64,000 nt of DNA, taken from NCBI GenBank assembly GCA_038496445.1, contig JALMLS010000042.1, positions 1 through 64,000 on the forward strand, in the 5' to 3' direction. Source of the DNA: Trichosphaerium sp. ATCC 40318. Lineage: Eukaryota > Protista > Tubulinea. The number at the start of each line of letters is the position of its first letter. Position 1 is the first letter of the stretch. The notes beneath the pieces were generated by a model that was not told the origin of the DNA, ran no database searches, and was given only the letters and a program-made list of their open reading frames with translations. Positions 37,823 through 50,464 of the stretch are shown in pieces. A program made the position numbers and the translations under genes.

Positions 37823-38759
37823 TCAATAGCAGCATGAGTATGGCGTAGATTTGCCATTTTCATGCACGTTTATAACGTCTGGTATTGTTGATGGCGTATC
37901 GTCGTACTACAGGAAGTAAATGTCATATAAATGAAAGAAAAAAAGCTCTTAATGTTTTTGGTTGTTGTCGGAAAGTTAAAGGCTTGCGCTACTGCGCTTG
38001 TCTTTCCAGTAGCGTCAACTGTATTGCCACTTTTGGATAATCAAAAAGAATGATAGCAGGAAAACTAGAACGTGCTAAGTATGTTTTTTCTTGCTGCAAT
38101 TTTAGCGTTCAAAAATGATGCGGTTATACCTGTTCATTATCCAATCCCACCTCAGCTGCAGCTATGAATAGTTCTTCAATACCTGTGGCATCTTTTGCGG
38201 ATGTTTCAAAGTACAACATGTCCTTTGATTCACACTCTTTTAAAACAACATCTTTGTCCACTTCTCTTTCATATTCCAAGTCTGCTTTGTTACCAACAAC
38301 AATAAACTTAAACTTCTCTGGGTATCTATATGTTATATTCATAAGAAGCTCATCGCGCCAACGCTCTAAAGCATGATACGACTCTCTGTCATTGATTGCA
38401 AAGATCAAAAGACAAACATCAACACCACGATAGAATGATATTCCTAAACCTTGAAACCTCTCCTGTCCAGCAGTATCCTGTAGAAATCACGTGTCAGAGA
38501 ACATCAATGCATGTGAGTTAATCTAACGTACCCATAACTGCATTGTCACCAATTTATCGCGTACAACAGCTTCTCTAGTTAACATATCAACGCCAATTTG
38601 TGCTTTGTAGGGATGTGGGTGTTGCTGTTTGTGGCTTACGTTAAGTAAACTTGTTTTACCTTTTACTGCGTTATATTTGTTTTTTCGTGCGTTGACAATA
38701 GTACCTACACCTGCGGAACCCAAAGCGACTACTTTAAGCAATATTTTACGTCGTGACAT
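37823..38759 (-). CDS. Divergent Rab7-like small GTPase
   Basis: RKILLKVVALGSAGVGKTSL, WDTAGQERFQGLGISFYRG, NKAD, ETSAK; C-terminal SCCY. Confidence 0.9.
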
Positions 38760-39429
38760 GATAGCTCACCAAACAACTCCTGGTGTGTAGTACAATATTC
38801 TGGGTTAGGAACTTGAATTAGATAGTCACTAAAGCAGCATTGAAAAACATCGAGATCTGATGATTAAGTTTTTGAGGTTAAGCTAGCTACGTTGTCTGGT
38901 TGATTTGTGTAATCAACCTACCTCAACACACTTGCTTATACACTTAAACCAGATTCTACACCTGCACCTGCTTAATACATCAAATCGCAGTGATGACTTT
39001 CGGTTGATGCATTCAAAAAAGAACAATATTCTTAAAAGCCTTTATTCCAATGTACAACCTTCACTGAGGTTTGAAGCACAGCAAAGTAAATTGCCACGGT
39101 TTGTATGTTTTTGATTGGTTAAGAGTTGCACAAGTTCATATAAACAAGAACATTTAGCTTCTGTGAAAGCAGAGCAAAGTGTGCTGCTGAATTGGTCGGG
39201 CAATGTCAATTCATTATCCAGTTTGACAATTTGTGCCAGAATGTTTTTGCAAGCTACAGTAAATGAATCTGACTCAATATAGCTCAGTTATAAATTACTG
39301 TACCACCCAAACTTTTGCACTACTAACAATGATCCTGCTATTGCGTAAGTGACATGCTAGTACTGATATGTTCCCGGTGTTGTTTCATCCTGAGGGTTTG
39401 CCAAAAAAGGTATGGCTCACTTAGCAATA

Positions 39430-41548
39430 GACTACGTAACATTTACTATTGTTTCAACTGATTCTGGTGACATTGTCGCATGACCTAGCCAAAGATCAAT
39501 ACAAGATAAACATTTGGAGAAAGTTAAAAAAAACCCAATACGCACGTGACATCATTTCTCTCTTAGGCATGTCAATTAGAGGTTGTACGCCATGTATTAA
39601 GTTAACCGGTATTTCAGGTACGTAGTGCTTAATAGTAGCTGCAACAGATGCAACAGTGCCATCCCACCAGTAAGGTATTGTTACAATCCGTAAGCCTATT
39701 CTTGAGTTAAAGTGGTCAAATTACTGACTGTAAGTTGTCCACTCCGTAAATGTCATTGGAGATAAAATTGAGACAACAAAAGAGAAGAGTACAAAAGGAA
39801 TTACCTGACTCGTAGCATAGTTCAAGTTTTTCTTGATCTCTCGATTGTATTATGGCAGTAGGTGGCGTATGTGGTGTTCTTTGATCATAATGCATCTCAC
39901 CTTGTTTAATAAAAATATAAGAAAGAAGGGAGATATGTAAATAGCTCAGTTGAGTTCAAACCTTGATATTCAATAATAAGGTTGTATTTTGGAACAAACA
40001 TATCAACAATGATCGCTGCTCCACTAGATGGACGTAGTCCTATGAAATGCTCCTCTTCTACTTCTGTACTATTTAATACTTGCTTAACAATATCAAATAG
40101 TAATCTAGTAGACAAAGGGTTTAACTAAAAAGTCAAGAGGCATCAACTTACTTTTGTTTAGATTTTTTTGCCAAATGAGCGAATTGGTGCCATTGCCATT
40201 TATATGATGAACTAACAAGGTTCAAAGCAGCTGGAAAAAACTTTAAAAATCCCTGACCACCCAATCGTGTTATATCTTCATAAGAAACGCGGTACCTGCA
40301 CAACTAAGCCTAAAAGAAAAAAAACAGATAAAAATAAATCAAGTACCATTTGTCAAGACTTGTTATTTGCTCTGCCTCTGCAACACGATTCAAAAAAGTT
40401 AACTGGTTTTCAGTTTCATTCCAGTATCCCCAAGGCATCCGATTCCTTGAATAAAAGTAAGAAAACAACAAAAGAGAAGAAGAAGAAACTCAGAATCAAA
40501 GAAAAAAAACACGTGCTTGAAATCCCAAGAGTACTCAGAGAAAACAGTCTCGAACGTCTTTGACAATGAATAGTTATTCTTCTCCAACACAACTATACCT
40601 CCAGCAAGCCTTAGCTGCTCAAATTGAATACTCTTCCAATCCTCAAGTACTTTAATATTCAACTCCTGTCCAATTATGTTAAGTCTATCTCGTTGATGCT
40701 CAACATAATCCCAATACCAGCTTGGCTTTCTTCTGTTTTGAGTCAAAAAAACTAAGAGACACAACAACTATACGTACGCTTTGAAACGCCATGATTCCCA
40801 GTTATATTCTGGATATATTGTACGCAATGCCTCGACCATTGAAGCGCCATATCTGCGGTTAAGTGAAAACGATAAATAAGGCAATAAAATTATTAGTTGT
40901 AAAAGACGAACTTGAATCGGATTGCAATGCCTCCATGTCGCTCTATATCCTTCCACGTCAACGTATACCAATCTGATAGATCCTTTACATCAAGTTTCTG
41001 AGCAATAGTATTGAATTGAAGACGCTGATGACTTAACACATTCCAATATCTTTGTGGCGCATTCCTAGAGTATTTAAATTAAATAAGGCCAACGTAAAAC
41101 AGTAGACACTAATCGTACGCAAACTTTGTAGGCTCCCAACGATAATTAGGAAATACTTTAAGTACAGCAGACGCCAATGAATGATTAAACCTTCAAGAAA
41201 AAAAGTCAACCGAAAGATTATGTTTTGTATCATTTGACACGATGACACGTACTTTTCTAACGCTGCGCTGCCAAAGTATCGTCTTATTTGAGGTACTGTA
41301 ATACGATACCACCCAGATAAATCAGTTACACGGAATTTTTTTGCTATTTTGTTGAAAAACGCCTTGTCATCCTTGTAGTGAAGTAACTGGCGTAAGAATA
41401 CGCGTTGCTGATATTTAGAGCGTGTTCTATGAGATGATTGTACAGCGTGTTGCTTTGTAGATTTATTTGTTGTAAATCGCCGTTTGCGCTGTAATTGGAG
41501 CCTATGGGTGCTTGAAAATAAAATACTAACGAATTTATTAGACAACAT
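39430..41548 (-). CDS. Trp/Tyr-rich helical-repeat protein with a C-terminal RAP/PD-(D/E)xK-like domain and a probable mitochondrial presequence; 3' end uncertain
   Basis: Basic/Ser-rich N-terminus; repeats like YWDYVEHQRDRL..EDWKSI..GG..SLSKTFETVFSEYSWDF; VDMFVPKYNLIIEYQGEMHY...IVTIPYWWDG. Confidence 0.6.
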
Positions 41549-41744
41549 TATTTAAACAAGCAACAAACCATTTAGAACATCCACCAAGCGACTGGGAACC
41601 GCTTTTTAGCGGTAACATACAGAAACTGTCGTTTGGTATTAACAATGGATAGAAAATCTATATGACGCGTGTAATACACTTTGCGCGTCTATTGGTACTC
41701 GCATAACCACTCCTCATTAATAGTACAAGTCGTTAGCAGTCAAA

Positions 41745-42589
41745 ATGTCAATTTATCGTCCAACTGTTCCTATGACCTTTCACGCCTATCTTTTTGTTCT
41801 ATTGATGGCCATCACAGTGGTTATCTGTCAGGTTGACATCACTGTGTATGGAGAAGACGATTGTATGGGATCTAACACTCAAAAAAAGACGTTTAATCTT
41901 GACACGTGCTACAAAGGAGGTATCGATTTCTTTGGGCCGTACTTCAAAATTATTGGTTGTAATGAGGTTCGTTGTCAACAACGAAACGCTAAATAGCTTA
42001 CCTTTGGCGTATGTAGGAGTCTCTTCAAGTATTAGCTTACAGCGACTCGAATTGCGAAACGGCACCACTTGCCTCACGTGTTTCGTCTTCGAACACATGT
42101 GTAACTGTGTATCCATACTCGTACAGTGCTGTATGCCCAACGGCGCCAAAACTTGAAGTTCAAGTACAAGGATGGTTTAATGGTGATGGATGTACTGGCA
42201 GTCCAACAGAAACTCAAACCTTCGCCAATGGTATGCTCGCAGAAGGAAGAATCGTACTTATCTTAATTTTTTTAAAGGAAACTGTTACACTGAGCATAAT
42301 AAAACAGATGTATCTTATTACTGCCAGGGAGGTGTACGTTGTATACCTTGTATATAAGTGTGTTGACGCCATATTAAAGGAAGTGGTAAGACAGACGTGG
42401 TTGACTTACAACGGCGGTTGCAAATATGCTCAAAAAAAGACAACGTATGTACTATGTTTTAGCCTTTGTGCTGCATTTGCCATTACAAGATTATAATTGC
42501 TGTTTCAAGGTACTCACTAGAGACATGCTATCATGGATTTGGATTGTTCTCTGCGCAATGGAAGTGCAAAGTGTCTCAGAATTAAATAA
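41745..42589 (+). CDS. Secreted cysteine-rich repeat protein, multi-exon
   Basis: Signal peptide (YLFVLLMAITVVIC); repeated Y/F-x-x-x-x-C-x-G units (YGEDDCMG, YSDSNC, FNGDGCTG). Confidence 0.65.
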
Positions 42590-43224
42590 ATCAGGAAGGC
42601 AACTGTTTCGAAATTTGAAAATCTCAATGGCTTTACACCCAGCTCATTTATCATACATTTTCACAAATAATATTAATAACTCCAACAGCGCATAGCGTGA
42701 TGAAATATTGAACGTTTGTATCCGATATACTCATAACTGCTACTCTACCTTGTTGAGTTTCCATTGTTTTCCACTGTAACTGGTATTCCCGATAAAAACG
42801 ACGATATTAGGGAACGTATCTGTTCTATTCACGTGTTGGAAGGATACGTTATCTTAAAGCTGTTAAGCAACAATAACGACAATGAGTTTCGAGTTTGTTG
42901 AAAATTAGGCTTTGCTGCCTCATAAGGGCAGCCTTAAGGCCTCTAGACAAAAATAAAGGAAGTTTGTAAACTAGCTGGGGTGTTTAACTGACATGTGCTT
43001 GTGCACGTTATCAGAAATCGCTTTTTGCTAAAAATATAGAGGCAACAATTTTGGTCTTAAAAATTGAATGAAAGTTGATTTGATCGCTGCCAGTCTCACA
43101 CTTCGGATACTATCTCAAACCTTATACTAACCTAACCTACTGTCCTATCTACGCTGGGTAGCGAGACTTGAAGTTTTGTATTCTCAAAGACACGTTGATG
43201 CAAACGGAGAACTGTACTCAGTAG

Positions 43225-46200
43225 GATAGCGCATCCAGCGCTTCAAGCCTCAATGTAAATTGTGAACTTTGTACAAACAACTGCTGGCCGCTGTGGAAGG
43301 AGGTTGCGCAAATGAACGTCTATAGATGTTGTCTAACTGCTTTTTATTACTTTGACAACGATCGTATGTACAATAGTCTTTTGTTCTCACAAGTTTCCGA
43401 AAAACCAGCAACGTGTCCCACTATACACAAAAACACGCAGGGACAGTGTTACCACTATTGAGTTCTCCTCAATCCGTTTGTTTATTGAGAAATAACAAAC
43501 TGCATAATCGGGTTTCAAGACCAAATTGTACAATTTGGGTCAATTTCAATAAACTAAACCTTTTTTTTTGTTGCATTTCGCCAAGCCTCAAGCACCATGT
43601 GGGGTTCTGTGGGTGAACCGAAGTATAGAAAGAAACGTAGTTGTAAGTATTGTTGCTGTAATCCAAGTTGGATTATTTGCGTTGGTACGTTTGTTGTTGC
43701 GCATTGGTTAAGCGGTTTAGATGTTTTCATAACGTTTCAGACGCGTTTCTGACTAAATATGTACTACAATAGATCTGACGGGCGATGCTACACGTAGTCG
43801 CGCTGCCACAGTAATTGTTAGCGCGTACATGTTCACGCTAGTGTTTTTTAGCCTTTTGGAAAGTGGACTCAATTCTATTGGCGGTAACAGCGCCCCAAGC
43901 AGCCCAACACAAGCTCCAGTTGCTCATGGAAACGCATACAGCCGGTTTATGGAAGGTTTGCTTCATGTACAGTGTTAACACCTAACAACGCCGTAGCGTT
44001 TATTCTACATATTTTTTCTCCTACAACGATGCGTTTGGCGATATACGCACTATTTTGTACGTTTGTCGGTTTAAACTTTTTATTACTTACATCAACAGCT
44101 ATTCCATTCTACCTTGCAAATTCTCTTTACCAACACTGGTTTCTTGTACGTACACGAGTTTATAGGCAAAAGCACCTTTCGTAGTATCTGAAATTATGTT
44201 GAACAAAAACATTTTTAGGAGATTGGCTGTGGCGTAGTTTTGCCAGTGATAGTGTTAATTGTAGATATTCTTCTCAAACATTCACTGTTAAAGGTGCATT
44301 TTCGCCTTCTGTTTTCACCGGCTGCAGAGGTTGAAATATTGCCAATCATGTATACGATGACACCTATAGTATGCATGGTTGCTCTTGCAATTGTAAATAG
44401 TTATAACCTGCACGTGCAACGCTTCATTTTTTCCATCTGTTTTTTATTAATTTTATGCTAACACTTTACTGCTGTAGTACCATGAGATACTTTGGATACA
44501 GACATACTTATTATGAAGAAAGATTAAGGAAATATAGAGACCTTGTTCGACGACTTCTTGATCCTGATACACCTGATATCTACATGCACGAATAATTCTT
44601 GTTAGTGGAGTTTTGATTGTTTTATGCATAGGAGGTTGAAGCATGGGTCCAATGGTAACGCTTCATACAAGAGAATAACACAAGTTTACATTGATGACAG
44701 TGATGATGTTGATACTAGTATAAACAGACTTGATAACGGCGATAAAAAGATTACATGGCGTGTTGCATTCCACGCTCTGACGAAGCCATTTTTAAGAGTT
44801 TATAAAAAAGGTATTTAAGTTTGTTCAAATTCGATTATTTAAGTTTTCTACATAGTACGTAAGTCTATGAGGACTATAGAACCTGTACACGCTCCATACG
44901 AAACTACAGACGACTTTTACTATCCTCAACGCCTCGTTATGACATTTTGGGTAAGTCTACAACATTGGCTTAAATGGGGTAACAATTTAAGGTTAATATG
45001 ATATTTCTTGCTGTAACTGTAGTAATAAGCCTGATACTGTTCAATTTACTGTGGGATTTAGTACCTCCAATAGGTATGTCATAGGTTTGTACAAGTTCTA
45101 AACAAGACACTAGTCAAACAACTGACACACAATGCCAAAACTGCTGACATAGTTAAAAAGATAATCCAAGGTGCTGGTTGTGGTGCTACCATTGTATGTA
45201 GGTTCATCACTTTTTAATTTATAACAAATACATATTTAGATGGCTTACTTGTTTGTAATTTTCAACTGGATACAAACGTTGTTAGGCTACAGAAAAGCTG
45301 TACGTCATTCAAAAAAAAAGCACAAAGTTATTTTTTGAACATGACGTTCTGACTCCACTATTGTCTTAGATAATGTTAATGAGGCAGGGTCGGTACCCTT
45401 TTGATAAATCTAAATTTGTAATATCTAAAGCTCAATACTATTTTGGGTATCAATTGAGGTACAATCAAGAATAAGTTTAAACTCTTATTGTACATCTAGC
45501 CATATGATTTTTGGATTTATTCTCATGATAATTTTCTGGATTTTCATTGCTGCTATATGCCTAATACTTTACTTCTGGAAAGCTCTAAGGTGCTTAAAAC
45601 TATGTGGACGTTAGGCGCTAATTTTTTTTAGGTTGAGGTTCTACGTATTCTTGCAAACAACAGTTCTGATTGGCGTTATTTTTTTTGTCATAAACACACT
45701 GTATCCGCAAGTTTATCTTTTTTTTCACTTATTTATATTATCTACACCTTAATTCTATTGAGCATGACTAAGCTATTACTGACATCACATAATGGAAAGG
45801 TTATTCGGTTTAGAGGGTTCTTTAGTTTGATGGATTTCATAAACTTATTCATCAATACGTACAACAAAATTTTGCTTCAATGATTTTTTTTTCTTTTGTT
45901 TATTGCGTTTATCTAGAGTAACAGGTTTTATCATATGCATAAAAAGGGCTGTAATGTCTATATGTGTTGTTCTTATAACATTTGGACGTTTGGATATGAG
46001 CATATACCCACAGGGCTGGCACGTTAAGCCCTGGTATTTTTCGCTAATAATTTTCTAACAAGGGAAACAATGGATTCAGCTTACGCATCCTACGGTACCT
46101 AATTTTTTCAACTACCAGTATTTTAACCTCTATTAGTTGGGATGCTGCTTCTGGACCATTCTTTGAACAACCCGATTGTTATTGTAGCTGGTGACATATT

Positions 46201-46569
46201 TACAAAAAGTATGACTTAAAATCGCTTATGCTAAAAAAGCGAAAACTCTCTAACTCTTTGATCTTCTAGAGCTACATGAACTGCAACAAAAAGAAGAAGA
46301 CAACTACCAACGGAGAACTGATGAAGTATATACACAGAAACCTAAAAAGAGGAACACTCCAGAGCAGAGTAAACGAGCACTGTGCGTTGTGATACAAAGT
46401 CGAGCAAAAGTGAGTTTTGTTATTTACTATTTTCTTTAGCGCTAGGTGGCACCTATTCAGCTTACTTGCTAGAAACCCATCTCTTATAAAATATCGTAGA
46501 CATAGACTTATAACGTCAACAAGAAATCAAAGCGACAATCTTATCATTCCTCTAACAACTATTTCATAG
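43225..46569 (+). CDS. STRA6-like (RBP-receptor family) polytopic membrane protein; 5' end uncertain
   Basis: DDFYYPQRL, FGRLDMSIYPQGWETMDSAYASY..LLLDHSLNNPIV, and RARWHLFSLLARNPSLIKYR match the conserved STRA6 C-terminal blocks. Includes a GC-AG intron (46019-46062). Confidence 0.75.
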
Positions 46570-47181
46570 CCAAAAATAAAAATGTTTATGTATTTTGATC
46601 ATATCATTTGACAATCCAGGATTCCGGCGAGCCATATAATGCATGTATTTCACATGTGTTTATTGGCTTTTCAATACTGCCAACTATGAGCAATTCAACG
46701 GATTTTTTGAGTTGATGCCAAAAAAGTTGATTAATCTCATAGTGTCCAATGATGATCAGCTTGCTCGCCATACATAACATCTTCGCTCATATAGATAATC
46801 GGAAGGTGTGTTTTAAGGTTACATTTCTTGTAGGGCTTTAGTAATCACGTGATAGTACCTTCAATTTTGTTGCTACTTTCAACAAAACGACTATCAAAAA
46901 GCAATTATTTGAAAAGTTAGCGAAATTTCTAGTTAAGTTCGGCTTATCGTATCTTTTGAAGACTTTGTGTGCCACCAAAGGTATGTACACGTTTCAACAA
47001 AAATTCTACCACTATTCCTACGTTCATTAAACCCTGTTTTGATCAAATAATATTTAACTATTCCTGTAATCACTCTATTACGCTTTTAAACTTTGCTTAC
47101 GTGCGAAAGAAGGAAATAAAAGTGAATAACGTCACTTATTCGTGACTTGTTTACCGAAAAAGAAACTTTTAATTTGACGTC

Positions 47182-50100
47182 ATGACAGACGACGCAACAC
47201 CTCTTCTTTCGTTTGTACAAGATAAACCACGTACTCTAAAGAACGCCAAAATAGTTGAGAGGGTCGTTAAGCAGACATGTAATTCAAAAGACAGCCCAGA
47301 ACTCAAAGTCATCAAGAGTGTCTCAATAACAGCTTGGTATGGTTTTTTCCATTGTCACGTTTTTGAAACCAAAATGTTGACTACTTTTCTAGGTTGGGAT
47401 CAGATTCGAGATTACTTGCTTGTTGTATTTTTTTTAGTTTAACATACTCTCTTCTTTGTCTTGCTATGCCTTCATTATTGACAAATATCATTGACCTAAT
47501 TTTAAAAGACCCAACATCTCCAAAGCTGAAGGTACGCACGTGGCAGAGTTCTCTTTTTTTTTGAAATTAAAATATCTTTATTTACGCTTCTTGCCACTTA
47601 CTCGAACTTCATTTTATACTTTTTAAGTGAAGCTACTTGTGATTGCGGTATATTTATTAATACTGATTTTAGTGGATCATTGGGTATTGGTTTGGTGTTA
47701 TAATGCTAAGAAGGTTAAACAGAATGTTATGCGATAGCATAAAAATGTACTTGGCAACTCAAGTTGAAGATTCCTGGCGTTATTGTGGATTACAGCGTTT
47801 TTACAAACTCCCAATTGATTGGCATGATAACACCAATGCAGGTACTAAGAGCCTCCGTTGTTAAATCAAAGAAAAAACACAGAACGCTCCCAAACTTAAA
47901 TGCTTTTTAGGTGAAATAGGTGCTAAAATGGAGAAAGGCGCAGCAAATATCTGGGTGCTAATACACGAAATGTTTGGACAATATTTATTATTAGAACTAT
48001 TACCTTTCCTTATGGCATTATCCTCAGCGATTATGATAGCTCCTTGGTGGCTTTTTGTACCAACAATAGGCATCAACTTTTTTTTTGGATACTTTTGGTA
48101 TGGTGCCCGAAAGAAGCTTCATACTCTGCAACACCATTACTACAAAGGAGCAAATCAAACACTATATGATGGTGTATCTAATATTCGATCTGTTAAATCA
48201 TTCGGAAGAGGTACAAAACAGCATCAAAACAAGCAATTTTTATCTTGATTTTTTCTTACTTTTTTAATCTCAGGTACTGCTGAAGTTTTTCGCTATGTTC
48301 AACGGTGGCATGGTTATCATTTAACAGAATACAAAGAAGACTCTTTAATGTACAATAGAAACGGATACCAAAAACTTGTAGAGGCAGCAACTAAAGCTGT
48401 CGTAATTCTTTACGGTGTATCACAGATAAACAATGGAAACATGACTGTTGGTACTTTGTTGCTATTGATAAGATACCAAGACATGACTCTTAACCCTTTA
48501 AGTACGTACTAATAGAGGAACCCCTTTTGATTCAGCGCTTTTAACAAGCACTTTTGTAATATTTTAAGTCATTTATTTGTCTGCACGTGTTTGCAATAGC
48601 TTCGTAGTTTTGAGAACATTCAAGCTCACTTTTCTGATTATTTTTAAACCAACCTTTGTTTTAGATAAGTTCGCTGGTGGTTACAGTCGAATGATAAGAA
48701 GTATTAATAAGATAACACATTTATACGATATTATTGCTACAGAAGACACTCTCAAGGATGCCAAAAACGCAAAAGATCTTCCAGAGTTAAACGAAGAAGT
48801 AGAACTTAGAGATGTTTCTTTCACTTACAATAAAATGAAAGGCTCAACACCAGCGATTCAACGTGTACGTATACTCACGCATATAAAGGTAAATAATAAA
48901 TTTAATATATTTATAGATTTCATTTACTATCAAAGCGGGAACAACAACAGCTCTTGTTGGTACGTACTTTTTGTAACACTTTCTGCAACCGAAAAACATA
49001 AAACACAAAATCCCGAAAAAACAAGACGCACTTTTTTCCATAAAAGGCAAAATCTGAAAAGCATGATGGAAGTGCTTTTTCTCGCCACATCACCTATAAA
49101 TATTCCACATAATCTTCCTTCGTGGAGGACCAGGGTGCTATAGCCCACGCCCGGCGACTGACTCAATTTGTTGATGGTGGTGAAAAAGCACTTCCATTTT
49201 ACTCCCAGATTTTCCCCATACTTGACCAACCAATCAACTTCACGTGTCTTCTTTAGCATGAAACACCCTTTTAGAGGATTATGTACTAACAATAACTATT
49301 TAGGTCATTCTGGTTCTGGAAAGACTACTCTAGCTAATCTCTTGCTCCGATTTTATGATCCTCAAGAAGGATCTATACTATGGGACGGAATTAATCTAAA
49401 AGGAGCCAAAAGGAATTCTCTGAGACGAAAGGTTGCTATTGTGATGCAAGATAGTAGTCTATTTGATAGATCTATCGCGGACAACATCGCATACGGCAAA
49501 CCAGAAGCAACAATGGAAGAAATCATTACAGCTGCAAAACGGTATTAATTTCTTTACAGTTCTTGGTTTCTCAGTTACTAAACTCCTTTCATCTCAGTGC
49601 TAATGCTCATGATTTTATTATAAAAGCGCCTAAGGGATACCAATCGTTAATTGGAGAACGTGGCATCAAGTTGTCAGGTACAGATAGTTTTTGTTGTTTT
49701 TGTGGTTTTGATACTCTTTTCTTCTTCACTCATTGTCTTGATAAGGTGGACAAAGACAGCGTGTTGCTATCGCTAGAGCGTTAGTTCTGAAACCTTCCTT
49801 ACTAATACTTGATGAAAGCACAAGTTCTCTTGATAGTATCTCTGAAAAGGCTATTCAAGACTCAATACAACAACTCCATCATAATGTAACACAAGTAATA
49901 ATTGCACACCGGTACATCTCACGTGTTTCTAGTAAGATGACATATCACCTGATCCTAAAAATCTTATAGGCTTTCAACAGTGCTCCATGCAGATCAAATA
50001 GTTGTTCTAGAGGAGGGACAAGTAATAGGAAAAGGAACACATAAAGTAAGTCGCTCAAAGATATTAAAAAAAAAATTGAACCAAATACTAAAATTATTAC

Positions 50101-50187
50101 TAGGAGTTACTCAGAACAACACCTGCCTATTCGAATCTTGTAGAAACGCAATTTGCTGTAAGAGATGAAGAAGCTGTAAATAAATAA
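47182..50187 (+). CDS. ABC half-transporter, ABCB type (TMD-NBD)
   Basis: Walker [11 protein letters not shown]-loop IVMQD, signature [15 protein letters not shown], Walker [19 protein letters not shown]. Confidence 0.92.
49066..49197. other. Intronic long hairpin (candidate ncRNA or MITE)
   Basis: ATGGAAGTGCTTTTTC (49066-49081) pairs perfectly with GAAAAAGCACTTCCAT (49182-49197) and extends imperfectly inward, inside the 344-nt intron 48960-49303. Confidence 0.7.
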
Positions 50188-50381
50188 ACAATCATCCTTA
50201 TCCTTGAAGGACAGTGACATCCAACAGGTTTCAAAAGAAATCTAAAACAACAAAAATACTCATCTGCAGGAATAACAGTTAAAAGTGATAAAAAGTGGTG
50301 ATCGCATCACGTTGTTATCAGTAATGCCTTATTATTGCTTTGATTTCAAAGCGCTAACAGGTATGTAACGAAGAATTTAAA

Positions 50382-50464
50382 CGAGTGAGAGTCGGGAATC
50401 TTACCACTAGACCACCGGGGATTTTTTATAATTCTCCCCAGGCAGGAATCGAACCTACGTCTCC
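50382..50464 (-). tRNA. Circularly permuted tRNA-Glu(CUC): 3' part (nt 42-73) at 50464-50434, 12-nt spacer, 5' part (nt 1-41) at 50421-50382
   Basis: Rejoined: TCCCCGG TG GTCT AGTGGTA AGAT T CCCGA CT-CTC-AC TCG|GG AGAC GTAGG TTCGATT CCTGC CTGGGGA G. All four stems pair, and U8, A14, G15-C48, D-loop GG, U33 and TTCGA are intact. Confidence 0.88.

Noticed and set aside
38990-39067. GTGATGA...CTGA pair resembling a C/D snoRNA (isolated C boxes also at 42697 and 46749)
   Set aside because: No recognisable rRNA guide or terminal stem; the other two lack a D box.
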